A stretch of DNA of 64,000 bases from Rhizodiscina lignyota (Eukaryota), in NCBI GenBank assembly GCA_010015805.1, contig ML978122.1, forward strand, positions 1,460,453-1,524,452, read 5' to 3'. The position numbers and the translations under genes were made by a program. The stretch's first letter is position 1. Each line of letters begins with the position of its first letter. The notes under the pieces are model-generated. The model had not been told where the DNA came from. It searched no databases and saw only the letters and a program-made list of their open reading frames with translations. This document shows positions 48,900-63,051 of the stretch, piece after piece.

Positions 48900-49325
48900 A
48901 CTGCAGAAGGGCTTGTGAATGAGGCATCTGTCACACCATGTATTTCTTCAACTCTCCTCCCTCCGAGTAGAAGTCAAGCGAAGTTGGTTACATGCGTAAT
49001 CCATCTAAGACAATCTTGAGCACGCAGAGAGATCCGTAGACCTGTACAAACATTGAAAGATAGTTTGAACCGAGACTCTAATGACTGCCTATGTAAAGAC
49101 ATGAGAGAAAAAAGGACGGTTGTGCGCGAGCGAAACTTTTCGATGTCTGGCGGCACGCGCTTTCGCGCTAAGCCCAATCGCGCCTAGAAGTGTTTGGCCA
49201 GGTCCGCATCCGCTTTCAGGTGGATGAGCTGTCAACGTGATCTTCTTCACACCTCAACGGCATGATTCGCTGCCCTCTTCACAAACCGTGTTCGCTGGAG
49301 TGGAGGTGATTCTTACGTTCGGAAC

Positions 49326-52300
49326 ATGGCGCCCATCACGCGCCGGTCGACTTCGGCAGGCGTGTCGAAGCCGCCACTGCGAAAGGTTTGTTTTGCATAC
49401 TTTCCGCCCGTACGACCTGGCATAATGCGAACACCCAAACACTGACACTAGAACAGTCAAAAACTCGTGAAGATAGCTTCGACGGCACAGGTGTAGGCTT
49501 GGCCACCACAATCTTGCGATCACAGGCTGATGCCGCACTTCAGAATCACGACGGCACGAACGGTACCTCACATGCGACAATGGCCTCGGTCTTCCCCAAC
49601 GCTACAACGAACGGTGTCAACGACGTCCTTCGACCTCTGTCGACGATGGCGGAACGCGTCGGCAAAGAAGTGGAGGAATTCGCGGTGAGAATGGACAAGT
49701 GGAGAGTAGAGATGGAGAAACAAGACCTCACCTCTGAGAGGGGGTACCGAGAGACTATGGATCTGGTAGATCAACTTACCAAGATCGCGGAGGAGCGGCT
49801 TAAGGACCTGAAGAGAGAGGCATCCCGAAATCATAGTCGAAGCGTTACGCGGAGTCAGGTTGGCTCTGCAGGCCCACGATCGGAAGAGACCCGTCACGAA
49901 CTTCGAAGCGCGCAGATAGAGGTCAATACTTGGAAGCTCTTCCGCATGATGCTTGGCTTCGAGTTTCCGGACCCTAGGTTCGATCGCAATACGAATCGCC
50001 AAATTTATCTCCATCAGAGTGGCCCGTTGAACACATACACACCCGGCTCGGAGATATGGGCGAGGTTCTTGCTCGAGAATGACGATGCAAGAGAAATGGA
50101 GAACATCATCCGATGGCTGGAGGAAACAGCACGCACAAATGGAGGCAGCATGGAGGATATATTAGAAGAGTTGGAATCCAAGTCTGGCAAAGGTACCTCT
50201 CAGTGGGACAAGGGCTGGATGGATACCCGCGAGAAACTCAAAGGCGAGAAACGAATTCGCCTGTGGGATATGCCTTCATCGGCAGGCTCTCAACCGCACA
50301 ATGACGGAGAGGGCCGGCGCTTGGTCACCCAGCTTGACCCAGATGCGCCCAGCAGGCAGGGTCGCGTCCTCGAGCCTAATGACATGGAGTCTGAGAAACC
50401 AATATGGGAGACCTGCTTTCGATTGCTGAGAAGCGGAGTGCCTTGGGATGATGTAAGAGGGTGGTTCGAGGAACGTGGCGAGCAATGGCGTGCCGCAACG
50501 CTGGGCAAAATTGGCGAAACACAGCAGTGCAAAACAAACACAGCTGGACCGGATTGCGGAGCTCTATGGCGTCGAATCTGCTTCCGTATCGCTCAAGCGT
50601 CTGGTGTCCCAACTCACGAGAGAGCTGTCTACGGTCTGCTGGCAGGAGATCTCGAGTCAGCCTTTTCACAATGCCGTGATTGGGATGATTTCCTCTACGT
50701 TCACTACAACGCCTTTTTATTGAGCCGCTTCGAAAAGTACCTACGAGAAAGTGGAATCTTTCAAGATCGACAGATCAGTCTGCCAGACGAGACGCTCCCC
50801 CCGGCATCAGCTCTTGTGGCCTTCGAAGATGAAGGAACAGTCGGCGGAAATACGGTACGTCGGCTTCGACTACAGCCAGAAACCGAAAAAGAAGCTCTCG
50901 AACCGGAGAAGAATATTCAAGGCGCCTTGATCGGCAGGCAGTTGATGGAATTCATTACATCTGTCGGTATAGCAGTATCGCAAAACGTGTATGCTGCCGG
51001 TCGCCAGTCTCGCCTGGTGAAGCCGACGGAGGTACAGGTCGATTCCTCATTCGGAGCCATTGCGGACGACGAAACATCTCTACGCCTCATCACCCATATC
51101 GGTCTCATCTACCAGGCGTTCCAACCCGTCTATGACGAGAACGAGAAACAAACGGTCGACAATATATGTGTCGTCTATATGGACTACCTCCGGCGTGCTG
51201 GCAAGATTGACTTGTTACCAACCTATGCGTCGTTCATCCAGGATTTACGTGCCGAAAAAGTCCTGGGTATGATCATGGCTGACGTTACGGCCCCTCATGA
51301 ACAACGCACACTCCTTAACCTGATTGGCAGGACTCATCTTACGGCTCCCCATGCACTCGTCGAAGAATACATGTGGGCACTCGACAGTGCCAACTTGATG
51401 TGCGAGCAGACCACGGGAATATCAAATTTCAAGATTCTAGAGAGTACGCAGGGTGCCGATTTCCCCGAACAGCGAGTTGGAGCTTCGTTCACACCTCACG
51501 TGCTTGCACCGGAAGAAGAGAAGATTATCCGCAGCTGCGAGTGGTTTGTACTTACGCCTGGCTATATGTCGGGGGTCCTGACCTCCCTCACTTACGTTTA
51601 CAAGTGTCTTTTGTGTAAGTCCTCATACAGTACCTCAACGAATTGCTTTTGCGTTTAGCTTGATCATTTTCATTAACGGTGGTCTAGATAATGGGCGATG
51701 GAGCGCAGCCCTGGCGTTATCACATCGCATCACGTGGAAGAACCTGATGGACCTCAAGACGCCGTACTATTACAATGGCAAACGGGTCGATATCATGGAT
51801 GACGCGACATTGAACACCAACCATGTGGAGGAGATGCGTCGAACAACCCGCGCTGCATCCCGCCAACCTCATCCATCTGCCATGAAGAACGGTGATCAGA
51901 GTTCGCGTGAAGAGAAGTTTACGAGGCTGTATAAGATGGAAGGACGGACATATTACGAGTTGATGCAACTCACTCTTGCTCTCGAGGCTCTGAGCATCTG
52001 GCGGAAGAAGGAAGATGAAGCCCTTGCGTAAGCGAACCCTTTAGTATTTGGTTGCGTCAAGTACTGACTTGGACAGTGCGATGTACGAGGGAGCCGTCCC
52101 ATTCCAGGATGCACGCAACGCTCTCAAAAAGGCGTTCCATAACGTCTGCTCAGCTGTAGAGCCAGTTTTCCATGACTTCCTCACTCACTCCAATGATGAT
52201 GAGGATGCAGAATGGATGAAGACTATCCGACACGCCTATCTTCCTGAAGTCATTATTGCCTACAATGCCGTGCTGCATTTCGGTGGCACTTATCTTGGCC

Positions 52301-52569
52301 GTGAGAACTTCACCAAGAGCCTCGATATAGCCACTTTGATTACTTCAGAGGAGAATAAGGAGCTTGTGGAAGCACTGTTGTCAACTGGAAGGATGGAAGA
52401 GCTTGTGAGAAGCCTTGCATTGACGAGCAAGCAGCTCTTGAAATGCAATGAACTGGTTGCCAAGAACGAGGCGGCGGGTAGGAAGAGGAAGGCGAGCCGT
52501 GACATGGGGCGGAAGCGAGGATGGGATGGAAGGACAGCGGAAATATGGGACCTTGGCAAGCTGAATTAG
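49326..52569 (+). CDS. NUP84: Nucleoporin Nup84/Nup107 family, 4 exons
   Basis: AERVGKEVEEFA, IRWLEETA, GWMDTREKLKGEKR, LVTQLDPDAPSRQ, EQWRAATL, ERAVYGLLAGD, WDDFLYVHYN, AYLPEVIIAY. Confidence 0.85.
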
Positions 52570-53522
52570 AGTGTGCGGCGGAGTTTCGATGGAGTTCAGC
52601 AAAAATCGACGTCTCGTGCGAGAGCGAGACAATGGCATTGTAACATACGTTTCGGGATAATGCTAGCCCTGCTAGGTACTTTCACAAGCTACTCCTAGCA
52701 TGGGACTGTCTTACTAAATATTTCGCTCTTGGCGAACTATCGTCTTGGTACTGGACCGTACTTTCCTCTTTAAAGCGCCCAGCCAGTCAGCAATATATCC
52801 CTTTTAATCTACACTCGAAGATTAGGCCTTTCGTTGGCCGTGGCGTGAGCATGGATGTCAGCAGCGTGGCGCCTGCATGGCATGTCAGGTACGTACCCCT
52901 GGATAAGAGCCTCAATCTGCTGAGTTGCCGAGGATCAAGGGAGCCTTTCGCAACTCGAAATTCGTCTCTTCCATCACAACTAGCTCGTGCAAACTTCATC
53001 AATTACGTTGACAAGTAGTCAAGCACTTAAGCATGGCGCCACAGCACATTCGAGCAGCTATAGACAATGCAGCGGCTCACCTTCCTAAGCCCTTATAGTG
53101 AACTCGTATGAGGCATCAGACTAAACAGGCGGGAGGCATGCAAGATGTCGTATTCGGCTAGAGGCATCTTGTACAACCAGCCAACCCCTTGCTGTATCGG
53201 GCTTTTAATAGACTTCATGCAGGAAAAGGACCTTCGTCGGCTCTAGCCTTCAGGTACGTGCCGTGGCTGGTGTTCTCGTCGAGGCCGAAGCCCCATGCTG
53301 AAAACCCTTCGGGGTGAGAATTTGGAAGGAAACAGGCGTCCGTCCAGAATGCCTCTCCCGTCCCCATGGACTCCGATGCCTCTGATGAGGTGCCGGGCCC
53401 AGGTACATACAATAAAGGGCGCGCGCCGAATTTCTCACTTGCGCTCGTTATTCGCGCCGTAACCTCTAGAGGGCGGGCTATTCATTCGCTTTTGTCGCGC
53501 TGTTTCGAGTCTTTCGTTAATC

Positions 53523-56500
53523 ATGCGCTGCTCACGCGGGAAGGAGCTTTTTCTGTCGTTATTCCTAGCGGTTGCAGAAGTCCACGGACTGGGTGAGTGA
53601 GCTCTAATTCTCGTCAGATGGGCCTTGAGGTCTTGGATTTGGAATCTCTGCGATATCCTGATTCCTATTCGCTTCCGTATATTTCTCGCTGTGCTCTACT
53701 CTTTTGTTCTGAGGCGCGTCTCGCTGACTATGAGAAGTTCATGAGCGTAGGTTCGCCAATAGTTCGAGCGCGTCGAGCGCGTCGAGTGTGTCGAGAGCCC
53801 CCATTCCCTTGATTGGCTCAGCAACTGGATCGACTGGAGCAACTGGCACGGGAGCAACTGGCACGGGAGCATCACATGCTACGTCCTTTGCGAACTTTAC
53901 GGTACCTGCTGCGTTGGCATCGGCGAAATCATGCGACGAAGAGTGGGCAGCGTATCTCTCTTCGTCTTCGGCATATGTATCGAGTAAACACCTGAATGCC
54001 ACGACTTGGACGACGGATTATTTTTACAGTACTACGGTCGAATACGATGGTCCATTCACGACGCTGTGTGACGGCTATCCCAGAGCGCTGAAAGATGCCA
54101 CCACACTCACTACAAGTACCTCTGCCGCCTCGTATCAGACAACAACAGACCCGTATTCGAATATCGCAACAACTCCGACCTGTCGTATCCAGACCGATGT
54201 ATGCTCGAGCCTCGAGGATTTAGCATACAGCGAGCAAGACCTGCTTTATTCAGAATCTAAAACTGCTTCAAGCGACCTTGCTCAAGTTACCTTCCCAGCA
54301 TGCGGCTCCGAACCATACTCTTCGAAGCAATGTCCCGGATTTGGGCAATGTTTCATCACGGTAACCGCTGTCCGTCTTCTGTACTGGCCCGTGTCAACTA
54401 CTTCGGGCAATGTCTGTAACAAGACGGGCTCGACAATCTCAGCCAAGCCGACGGGGAACGGCCCGAATACTGCTGTATTCGACGGTACGACGCTTACCTC
54501 ACCTACCGTGTATGTATCTGTCGAGAAGATGCAGGCCAACGGTTGCGGAAAGACGTACAGCAACACGATCATTCCCGTAAACGCGTCCGACGTCTCAAGT
54601 ATGCGTGGAGAACCACCGTACATTCTTGGTCTGTTGAGCGAGTACCCGTTCAACTACGCCGACCTACAGGTCTCAACTTTGAATAACAGCTACAAGATCC
54701 CACAAGTGCCGGCAACGGCGTACCAAGGAATGGGACGCTGTGGCGACGACCCGACTGCCACGTGCGCCACCATCTACAACGATTACAATCCGGACATCCT
54801 CATCAACTACCAGGTCCACAACATCGATTCGGACTGGGTGGCTGCAACGTGCTTCTTTGAAGAGGACGGCGTTTTCGACCCGCCCATTGCGTTGAGCACG
54901 CAAGGAGTCTTGATTGGTCCTGGTGGCGGTGGTAACGCTGGACCGACGACGACGCATACTCCAAAGCCGCCTTCGTCGCCGGCTGTAGCGCACACTGAGT
55001 CTACCGTCCCACCCGCTCAGCCAAGCAAGACGCCGACTCACCCTGTTTCTCCAACATCTTCTCCGACCTCGTTGCCTGACAACAGCGGAAGCGGCAGCGG
55101 TTCAGGTGACTCCGGAAGCAATTCGGGGGGGGATGGCAATGGCAATGGAAATGGAAATAGTGGCAGCGGTTCAGGTGACTCTGGAAGCAATTCCGGAGGA
55201 AGTGGAAATGGTGATTCGGGTAGCGGTGATTCGGGAAGTAGTGCGGCTGGAAATGGAGGGAGCGGGGGAAGCAAAACGACAACTAATGTGGTCCCCCCAC
55301 TCATCTCAATCATCGAGTCTCCCACCCCAGGTCAGTTATCTGCTCATCTTGAGAGCTCAGTGGATGGTAACGGGTACGTAGGCAGCAGCTCTGCATCGGC
55401 AGTCGGTGGTTCCAGTGGTCATGGTGGATCTGGATCTGGATCTGGCTCACAAGGCAGTTCGAATAATGGAGGCTCTTCCAACCATGGTAGCTCTCCTGAC
55501 GGAAGCGGATCTGGGTCGAGCAGTGGCAACTCCGGAAATGGAGGATCAGGCTCAAACTCGGGCTCGGGCTCAAATTCAGGCACTGGCACCGGCTCAAACT
55601 CAGGCTCCGGCTCCGGTTCGGGCTCAGGTTCTCAGTCTCAAGCGATCGTTCCTATCGGAGGAAGTACTGCTGTTGTTACTGCTGGGCCTACAGCTACAAT
55701 CGGCGGATCTACTCTTTCTGTCGGGGGTTCCGCTGCAACAATCGGCGGACAGCAAGTCTCCCTCGCACCTGGTGGAGTTGTCGTGGGCAGCAGCACTCAC
55801 TCTTTTTCTGCCACACCTAATCCAACGGGCGCAGTCTTTACAGGAACAGGTGGTCAGACGTTCACGGCTACGACGAACCCCGGAGGACAACTGGTTGTCA
55901 ATGGACATACTTTCAGTGGATCATCTGCAACCGTCGGCGGCCAAGTTGTGAGTGTCGGTTCTGGCGGTCTCGCGGTTGCAGGCTCGACAGTATCGTTCTC
56001 AAACCTGCCTCAGAAAACTCCAGAAGCCGTGTTTACGGGAACCGATGGCCGAACCCTCACAGCTGCGACAGATTCTTCGGGGCACTTGGTTGTCAATGGA
56101 CATACCTTTAGTGGAGCGATAGCATCAGTTGGCGGGAAAGTCGTCAGCGCCACGTCGGGAGGTGTGGTTGTTGGAGGCTCAACATTGACATTCTCCGGCG
56201 CCCCTAAGGCCACGGAAGGCGCAGTCTTTACAGGAACAGACGGCAAGACCTTCACCGCTTCAGAAAACTCTGCACGGCAGCTCGTCGTCAACGGACACAC
56301 TTTCGCTGGAGCGATGGCAAGAGTTGGCGGTAAAATTGTCAGCGCCACTTCCGGTGGTGTAGTGGTTGGAGGCTCAACATTGCCATTCTCCAACCTCGCT
56401 CAGGCCACGGCAGGCGCAGTATTCACAGGAGCAAACGGCCAGACCTTCACTGCCTCAGAAAACTCTGCAGGGCAGCTCATCGTCAACGGGCACACCTTCA

Positions 56501-57207
56501 GCGGATCAGTGGCAACGATTGGCGGCCGAGTCGTGAGCGCCACATCTGGAGGCGTAGTTGTGGGCGCCACTACATTGCCATTCTCAGAGCTACCGCAAGG
56601 CTCGCAGGGTGCCGAGTTTGAGGGAGTTATTTTCACAGCGGGCTCGTCTGTCCAGACCGCCGCCGAAATATCAAACGGTGTCTTCGTCGTCGACGGCTCA
56701 ACGCTGTCGGTAGGCGGACCAGATGCTACGATCAATGGCCAGGAAATCAGTGTCGGATCAGGTGGGCTAGTGATAGGCGGCAGCAAGACACTAGCACCCA
56801 GCGAAATTACGGCAGCAGAGGCAGTTGTTACTGAAGCTGCATTTACCGCTGGTGGACACGTCGTCACGGCTACAGAAGTTCGGAATGGCGTGTATGTGGT
56901 CGACGGAACCACGCTATCGGTTGGCGGACCAGACGCAACCATCGATGGACAAGAGATCAGCGCGGCGCCAGGGGGTATTGTCGTCGGAGGAAGTACGACG
57001 GTTCATCCGTCAAAGGTCACGGAGGCGAGTGCGTCCGGGCTTGGAGGCTGGATCATCTCGGGCCTAGGCGGGTCGGCGACAGGCACTGGAGGCCCTCAGC
57101 AGTTTACCGGTGCTGGAGAGAGGATGTCGCCGTGGGGCTGGAAGGATCGGTGGAAGGTTGCGGCCGTTGGGGTCGCGGGTGCGATTGGATGTTTGATGAT
57201 ATTGTAG
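53523..57207 (+). CDS. Large secreted, probably GPI-anchored cell-surface protein: Cys-rich N-terminal domain, G/S/N linker, internal repeats
   Basis: Exon 1 signal peptide MRCSRGKELFLSLFLAVAEVHG, intron 53593-53737 in frame with the 1139-aa ORF; C-terminal QFTGAG followed by a hydrophobic tail (GPI-signal-like). Confidence 0.8.
55828..57000 (+). repeat. Coding repeats in the surface protein: 4 x ~64 aa and 2 x ~65 aa units
   Basis: GAVFTGxxGxTFTAxxNxxGQLxVNGHTFSGxxAxxGGxxVSxxSGGxxVGxxTxxFS four times, then FTAGxxVxTAxExxNGVxVVDGxTLSVGGPDATIxGQEISxxxGGxVxGGS twice. Confidence 0.9.
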
Positions 57208-58475
57208 ATGTTAAGTGCATGAATATTTAGTAAACTAATGTGTTTTGAATACGACACATGTCTATTACACTGATTTTGAGTGGTATCTTGCGCCGCCACA
57301 GCGGTAAGTCCAAGAATAGGGGAACATCATTATCAAAAGATCTGGTGTATACCTTGTTGGACCTTAACGTTCGGTCAGAGTGACAGAATAAGAGCAACCC
57401 GTACTGTATCCTACCGATAGCATTATACATTAATGCATAGTAATGTTTTATCTGCTATAGATAAACTAGGTTTCAGTGTTTGTTCAAAAGTTTAAGGATT
57501 AGGGTTCCTAACCCTAAGACTCTATTCGACCACATTAAGCAGAATACACATTGAAGTCTATATTTGCATTGATATTCTCAAGCAGAGAGTAACTCACTAC
57601 GACACCTCAATGATCAAAACTTGTCATTGCTATTGCCGAGATACTTGCACACGCTTTGAACAATAACGACACCGAGTTTACACCGACTCGTCCGATAGGC
57701 CGAATTCCCCAGCATATCAACCCCTTAACTCAAATTCGCTTCTCCCACGTATTCCACGGCACTTGGGATTTCATCAGACCACCGCATGGCATTCGCTGTC
57801 TTCGGAAAACTCCCTATGTGGGAATAAGGATTTCAAAGAAACGGGGGCTTCGACCACGATACGCTCTTCTCGCCCGTGACTCCACAGTCGGTTGCTTCGG
57901 GTGGGCTGTTCTCAGGGGGTCTTACCGCTCTTACACTCCGCTTGCGACATCTTTTCGCCTCCTTTTCTGCCCTCAGCCCTCTTCACTGGTCAGCTTGTGC
58001 GACTGTCACGAGCACCAGCGAGAAGCGAGAAGCCTAAAATTGATCAATCACTTCGCATGACAAAGCCTCGTTCGCAAGGCGCGCAACCATCGCCATTGTA
58101 GCGCGCCGCCTCGTGCCGTGGTTGGCCTGCCGATTTTATTGTGACTCAAATATCTCCATGCTTTTTGATACTGGGCAGCTGGGGACAGAGCTGCATGTCC
58201 ACCGATGCGGCTGGTTTACGCGCCACGCGGACTCCGGACTGGTTTCATTTGTTTCTTGTCGCTTACTACGTGGCACGTTCAGCTGACATTATTATGGCCG
58301 ACCACCTTTCCACTCTTTCGCGCTTATTCTCATTCTTACTCGGCTCAGCGTCTTATAACTGGATGCTTTTTATTCTTTAGGAGATCCATTTCCGCGCAAG
58401 CCTCGGACTTCCATTCTAGTTTCTTATATACCATTCTGTCGCCCTCCAGTGCTCTGGTTTCGCAGCGTTCTCAAG

Positions 58476-59147
58476 ATGGCAGAAAATATATCCTCTACTC
58501 ACCCACAGACGCAATCAGCTTTCTTTAGCTCGTTGCCTCTCGAGATCCGACTACTCATATACAGCTATGCCATCCCCAGCGAATATGTGGTCCTCGACAA
58601 ATTCGAAACCGAGAGACTCACTGCCGATCGTGGAGCGGTGAAGGTCTCGTACAAGAATCTTCGGGACAGTTTTCTATCGCCAATCCTCCTGAGCTGTCGT
58701 AGGATGTACCAAGAGGCCGCCGATATCCCCGTGAAGAACGTCCGCTTCTCAATCAACCTCCAATTCGGGCACACCAACGTCATGCCCTCGCCGTCATTCG
58801 CCTCCCGGATAAGGCGCCTCGAAGTTCTGTGCGACCTAACATACTTTGAGGCCATGGACGTCAAGCTGCGAAAGCTCGCGGAGATTTGTTCCTCTGGAGG
58901 ACAACTCAAGGATCTCCGCCTCGTTCCGTACTCTCAGCCCTACTGCATGACGAATCCACACAGCTTGAAAGAAAACCTGGAAGACATTCTCTGCCTGCGC
59001 GATTTTGGGGTGGTTGGGAAGACGGAGGTTGACTGCTCGCACTTGAAGACGAATCTACCGATCGAAGTTGCAGCGCTGCTTTGGCCAAATCTTACCAGCC
59101 CGGACGCTGTGGTGAACGCAATCCGGAGATCCCAGACGCATCTCTAA
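58476..59147 (+). CDS. Hypothetical protein with an N-terminal F-box-like motif
   Basis: QSAFFSSLPLEIRLLIYSYAI and ILLSCRRMYQEAADI, a pattern common in fungal F-box-like proteins; 223-aa intronless ORF. Confidence 0.7.
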   Translation: MAENISSTHPQTQSAFFSSLPLEIRLLIYSYAIPSEYVVLDKFETERLTADRGAVKVSYKNLRDSFLSPILLSCRRMYQEAADIPVKNVRFSINLQFGHTNVMPSPSFASRIRRLEVLCDLTYFEAMDVKLRKLAEICSSGGQLKDLRLVPYSQPYCMTNPHSLKENLEDILCLRDFGVVGKTEVDCSHLKTNLPIEVAALLWPNLTSPDAVVNAIRRSQTHL

Positions 59148-60003
59148 TGACTGCGGAAGTCACCAAATTAAGAGCTTACACGCAACTTCCTTACCCATTT
59201 GGCCGTTCCAGCGTGCATCAGAACAGTGATAGGCATCATCGAGATCACACTGCTGGAAAGCCGCCTGAAACACAACATATCAGTGCCACCGCCTAAAAGC
59301 ACCCCAGGACGCTTCATTCAAGTCGAAAATATCTCTGTTCATACATGGTGACGTCACCGAATACACTTCTTCGTTAGCCGTATGACATTCGCAGACTAAA
59401 TATGCTTTGGATCCGAGGTCGAATGGGGGCTTCGTAGCAGCTCAATTATATGGAACCGAACGATGAAGGAGACTCCCACAGAAATCAAATGAGTTGTTTG
59501 GCATGGTTACGAAACCCCACAACTTGGGGACAGATCGCGGGACTTGGAGACAAATGTAGTGGTATGAGCAAAGCTCAAGAACCATAGAATCAGCTGACAT
59601 AGATAAGAAGCAGTAAGCATTGTACAGCATTCTGAAGTCAGAATCCTAATGCGCCATCGATGAGTAATTGAGAGGGATTGCGAGAGGTTGGAGATCTGGG
59701 AAGATTGAGGAGAATTGCTCTTCGTTGGACGTAATCTCAGTATGTACAATGAAATGGGACTCGTAAATTTCGGTGTACCCATCATGACTCGTCAAACATG
59801 TGCTATTCGTACAAGGGAAAAAGTTTGATAGCCTCGGGAATGAATGAGGTCTACAGGGTATCGCTCGCCAGAAATGAAGCCGAGAGATGAGTGGAAAATA
59901 GAAAATATGCCGCATTGGTCCCGACCATACGATGCAGTGCCCAAAGTCCCGCCTGCGAGTGTCCAAGGCTGTTGATAGCGAGATTACGAAAGCCGTGCTT
60001 TTC

Positions 60004-63000
60004 TTACCTGGCTGACCGCGAGTTGAAAAAGGCATTGCTCTCGGCAATCATCCGCTCGATCTCTTGAGGCCCAATACTCTCGAGATTCTGCATCAGGCCA
60101 GCCTGTTGATCAACAGCGAGGCCACTGCCATGCATGGCCGTTGCTCCGCCTCCGACTCCCTGTGTGAGCATGTCTGCGGTCCAGTATGGATCCGGATAGT
60201 AGTCCTGATACTGCTGCGGCTGTGTGATCGCGGAGCTTGGAGACGTTCCGAACTCGTAGCTGCTGATTGACGAGAGCGGGTTGTCGAAGGACGATGTTGT
60301 GATGGACGTGTCGACATCAAGGGTCGTTGGGAAACTCCCCGGTGCCAAAAAGTTGGGGCTCACGGCCGGGAGAACGAAGTTCGGAGACCAGCTGGAAAGC
60401 TCGGCGAATGTTGTCGGAAGTTGGTTATACTGGGAGTTCGGATCGTAGGGAAGAGCGTGCGGAAGCGGCTGAGGGTGAAAGTAGTGAAGATTTTCATAAG
60501 CACTTGGTGATTGCGATGCCGTTCTTGAGCTGCCTGGCTTGTGCGATGAAACGGGAGAACCAGGCGTTGGTGGAAGATTGAAAAGAGGCAATTGGAGGCT
60601 GTCGGAGAGTGTGGATGTGTGTATTGGTCTGGCTGGGTAAATAAGTGTGGGTACGGACGAAGAAGACGTTGGGGCTGAAGTCGGGGCAGGCGGCTGTGTT
60701 GTAGGCTGGAGTCCTGGGGGAGTCACGGGAGCAATGCCTGTAGCGGATATTGGTTTATTGGGACGGTTGTAATCATCCGGTTGGATATAGCCAAATGGGG
60801 CGATTGATGGAGAGGTGGGCCCCATTAATGGACTAATCTTGTCGTTATTGTCTGTTGAAGGGTCCATTGGCGTAGAATGTGGCCGTAGTGACTCTGGTGA
60901 GACAGTCGTCGAGTCCGCAGAGATGGTGATATCGCCGTCTTTTTCATAAACTTTCAAGACCGCCTCAATAAGGTTCAGGTAGAGGTCGTGCGCAGAAGCT
61001 GCACCAGGCCACCTCTCGGCAGAGAGTGAGATGGACTCGAGTCCAACATCCAGGTAGCCTTCGACTTCCGGGCGGGGATGAAGTCTGCGGACTTCCTCAT
61101 ACGACAGAGTCCAGAGTAAGGTGTTGACGGCCATAAAGATACTTTGCACGAATATCCATGTGGTCTCGACATTCCTTCTCCTCATCTGCTCGCGGTGCAT
61201 GAGGACATTATATTGAACGGCGTCGTAACACTTGAGAGCAGCTTTTGACGATGGTTTCGGCACCTGAGGCGAAGGCCTGAAGAGGAAGACAACCATAGTA
61301 TTGTACCTTCCGTTAAACCTGATATGAGATCATTGACGTTAGCTACTTTTGAAACCAGAGCGTGTCGCAAATACAGGACTGAATTGATTTCACGCGGGTT
61401 AAGCACTAATGTGCATAAAGGCGCGCCGATGAGAGTTTGTGCTCACCAGGCTTTGTCCAAGCCAGTCCCTGTGTCCTCGAGCGGGCTCGCGTCTCTCCAA
61501 GCAATCAGCTTTTGTTCCATTTGCAGAAACCAAGGATAGCTGTCATCTATCGGTTCGGGTCGCTTCTTGAGATACAGCGCCTTTCTAATCTCCAATTGAA
61601 GGAGCCTCATCTTGAAGAAGTGCATCGATATCCATTTCTTGATGGACGGGCCAGGCGCCGGTAGTATGCCTTGGGGTGTTATGTACTCGTCATCCACAAT
61701 CTCGAAGAAATTCAAATTGATGTCCTCTTGATTGACAGACATCGCGCTTGGCCTTCCAAGGCTGTGCGCGAGACCAAAGTCCATTACAATGATGGACCAG
61801 GCCAAGCGCCTCCGCATGTCGAGCTCTAACGCATCTACAGGCTGACCACGACTGCCTCTGCCGACGGTCGCTTCATCGGTGAAACCGAGCGCTTCAGCAA
61901 GCCGCACCGCAGCTCCGATGACATAGTATATTGCAGTCCTTGTCGGCGTCAAGAGTGAATAGGCTGCAATGAGAGCGTACGCTTGGAGAGTTTGCACGCT
62001 CTTCAGTCGAACAACCTCTTCCAGAAACTTCAACGCCGCCAGATAGTACGCGTCTGCCAGCGCGGCAAACTGTTTGTCCATTCTTTGGAGCCCAACGGCG
62101 ATGACCATCCGAAGCGCAAAGTTTTTGAACGCGTCTTGCGATCCACCGTGGTAGACGTCGTCAATGTCTCGCAGAAATGACGGCTCGTGCAACATGGGGT
62201 ACATCGCATGTACCTTCATGAAGAACAAGTTCACAAGGTTTGACGTCAAATCCCTACTCGGCAGGTCTACTGCGGGAGCTTCGCTGTACATCGGTGTTGG
62301 AGGGTTCTCGGGGACGGCTATCGCTTCTTCCTCCGCAAACTGTTCTTCCACTGCTTTCACTTTCGTCTCTGATATTATTTGCTTGATGCTCTTGGAGTCT
62401 GAGAATTGCTTCGCAAGGTTCATCACCACACGGGATATGGCAATGCCGCTCGATGGGCCGAGAAACTTCGTCTCCTCGCTCTCCTTCAGTCGCACAAGGC
62501 CTGGATTGCGCACTGCAAGCTCAGAGTCGAGCTCACGGTCCTCCGCCTCAAGAATCGCCAGTTCCTGCTCCAACTGAAGTATCTTGTGCTGTAGCCACAC
62601 CACATATTTTCTCGAGACAATTGTTCGTTTCGTTACATCGAAGTATTCGCATTGAGCATTGGCTTTCTCGCAAGGGCTACATCGGGGCAGGCCAGGATCG
62701 CACTTAATCTTTCTCTGCGGTACGTCAGACTCCGCCAGATGGACGTTTCCCACTTATTCGTGCGAGACATACCTGCCGACATCGCGTGCAAACTGTCAGA
62801 GTTTGCTGGACCTGGATTCCCGACGGCTCTCTACTGGATCCCTTTGGTCTTGTGCGGGATCCAGTCGCAGCGCCCGAGACTGGAGATTTCTGCTCTGCTT
62901 GGGGAGAGATGTGGCTCGTCTCCGATGCGGAATGCATGTGCCCCGTGGGAGAAGTAGTGGACGACGATGCGCCTTGCAACTGCGAACTCGCACTCTCAGA

Positions 63001-63051
63001 CGGCTCGACATCCTCAGCAGACTGCGGGACAGCAGAAAAGGTGTGAAACAT
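60004..63051 (-). CDS. Zn(II)2Cys6 transcription factor, PPR1/UaY-like, 3 exons
   Basis: [34 protein letters not shown]...IVSRKYVVWLQHKILQLE (PPR1-like linker and dimerisation helix), KFLGPSSGIAI, MRRRLAWSI, HSLGRPSA, FRPSPQVP. Confidence 0.85.

Noticed and set aside
57499..57517. TTAGGGTT-CCT-AACCCTAA inverted telomere-like hexamers
   Set aside because: Only one unit per side; too short to infer a telomere fusion or a functional hairpin.
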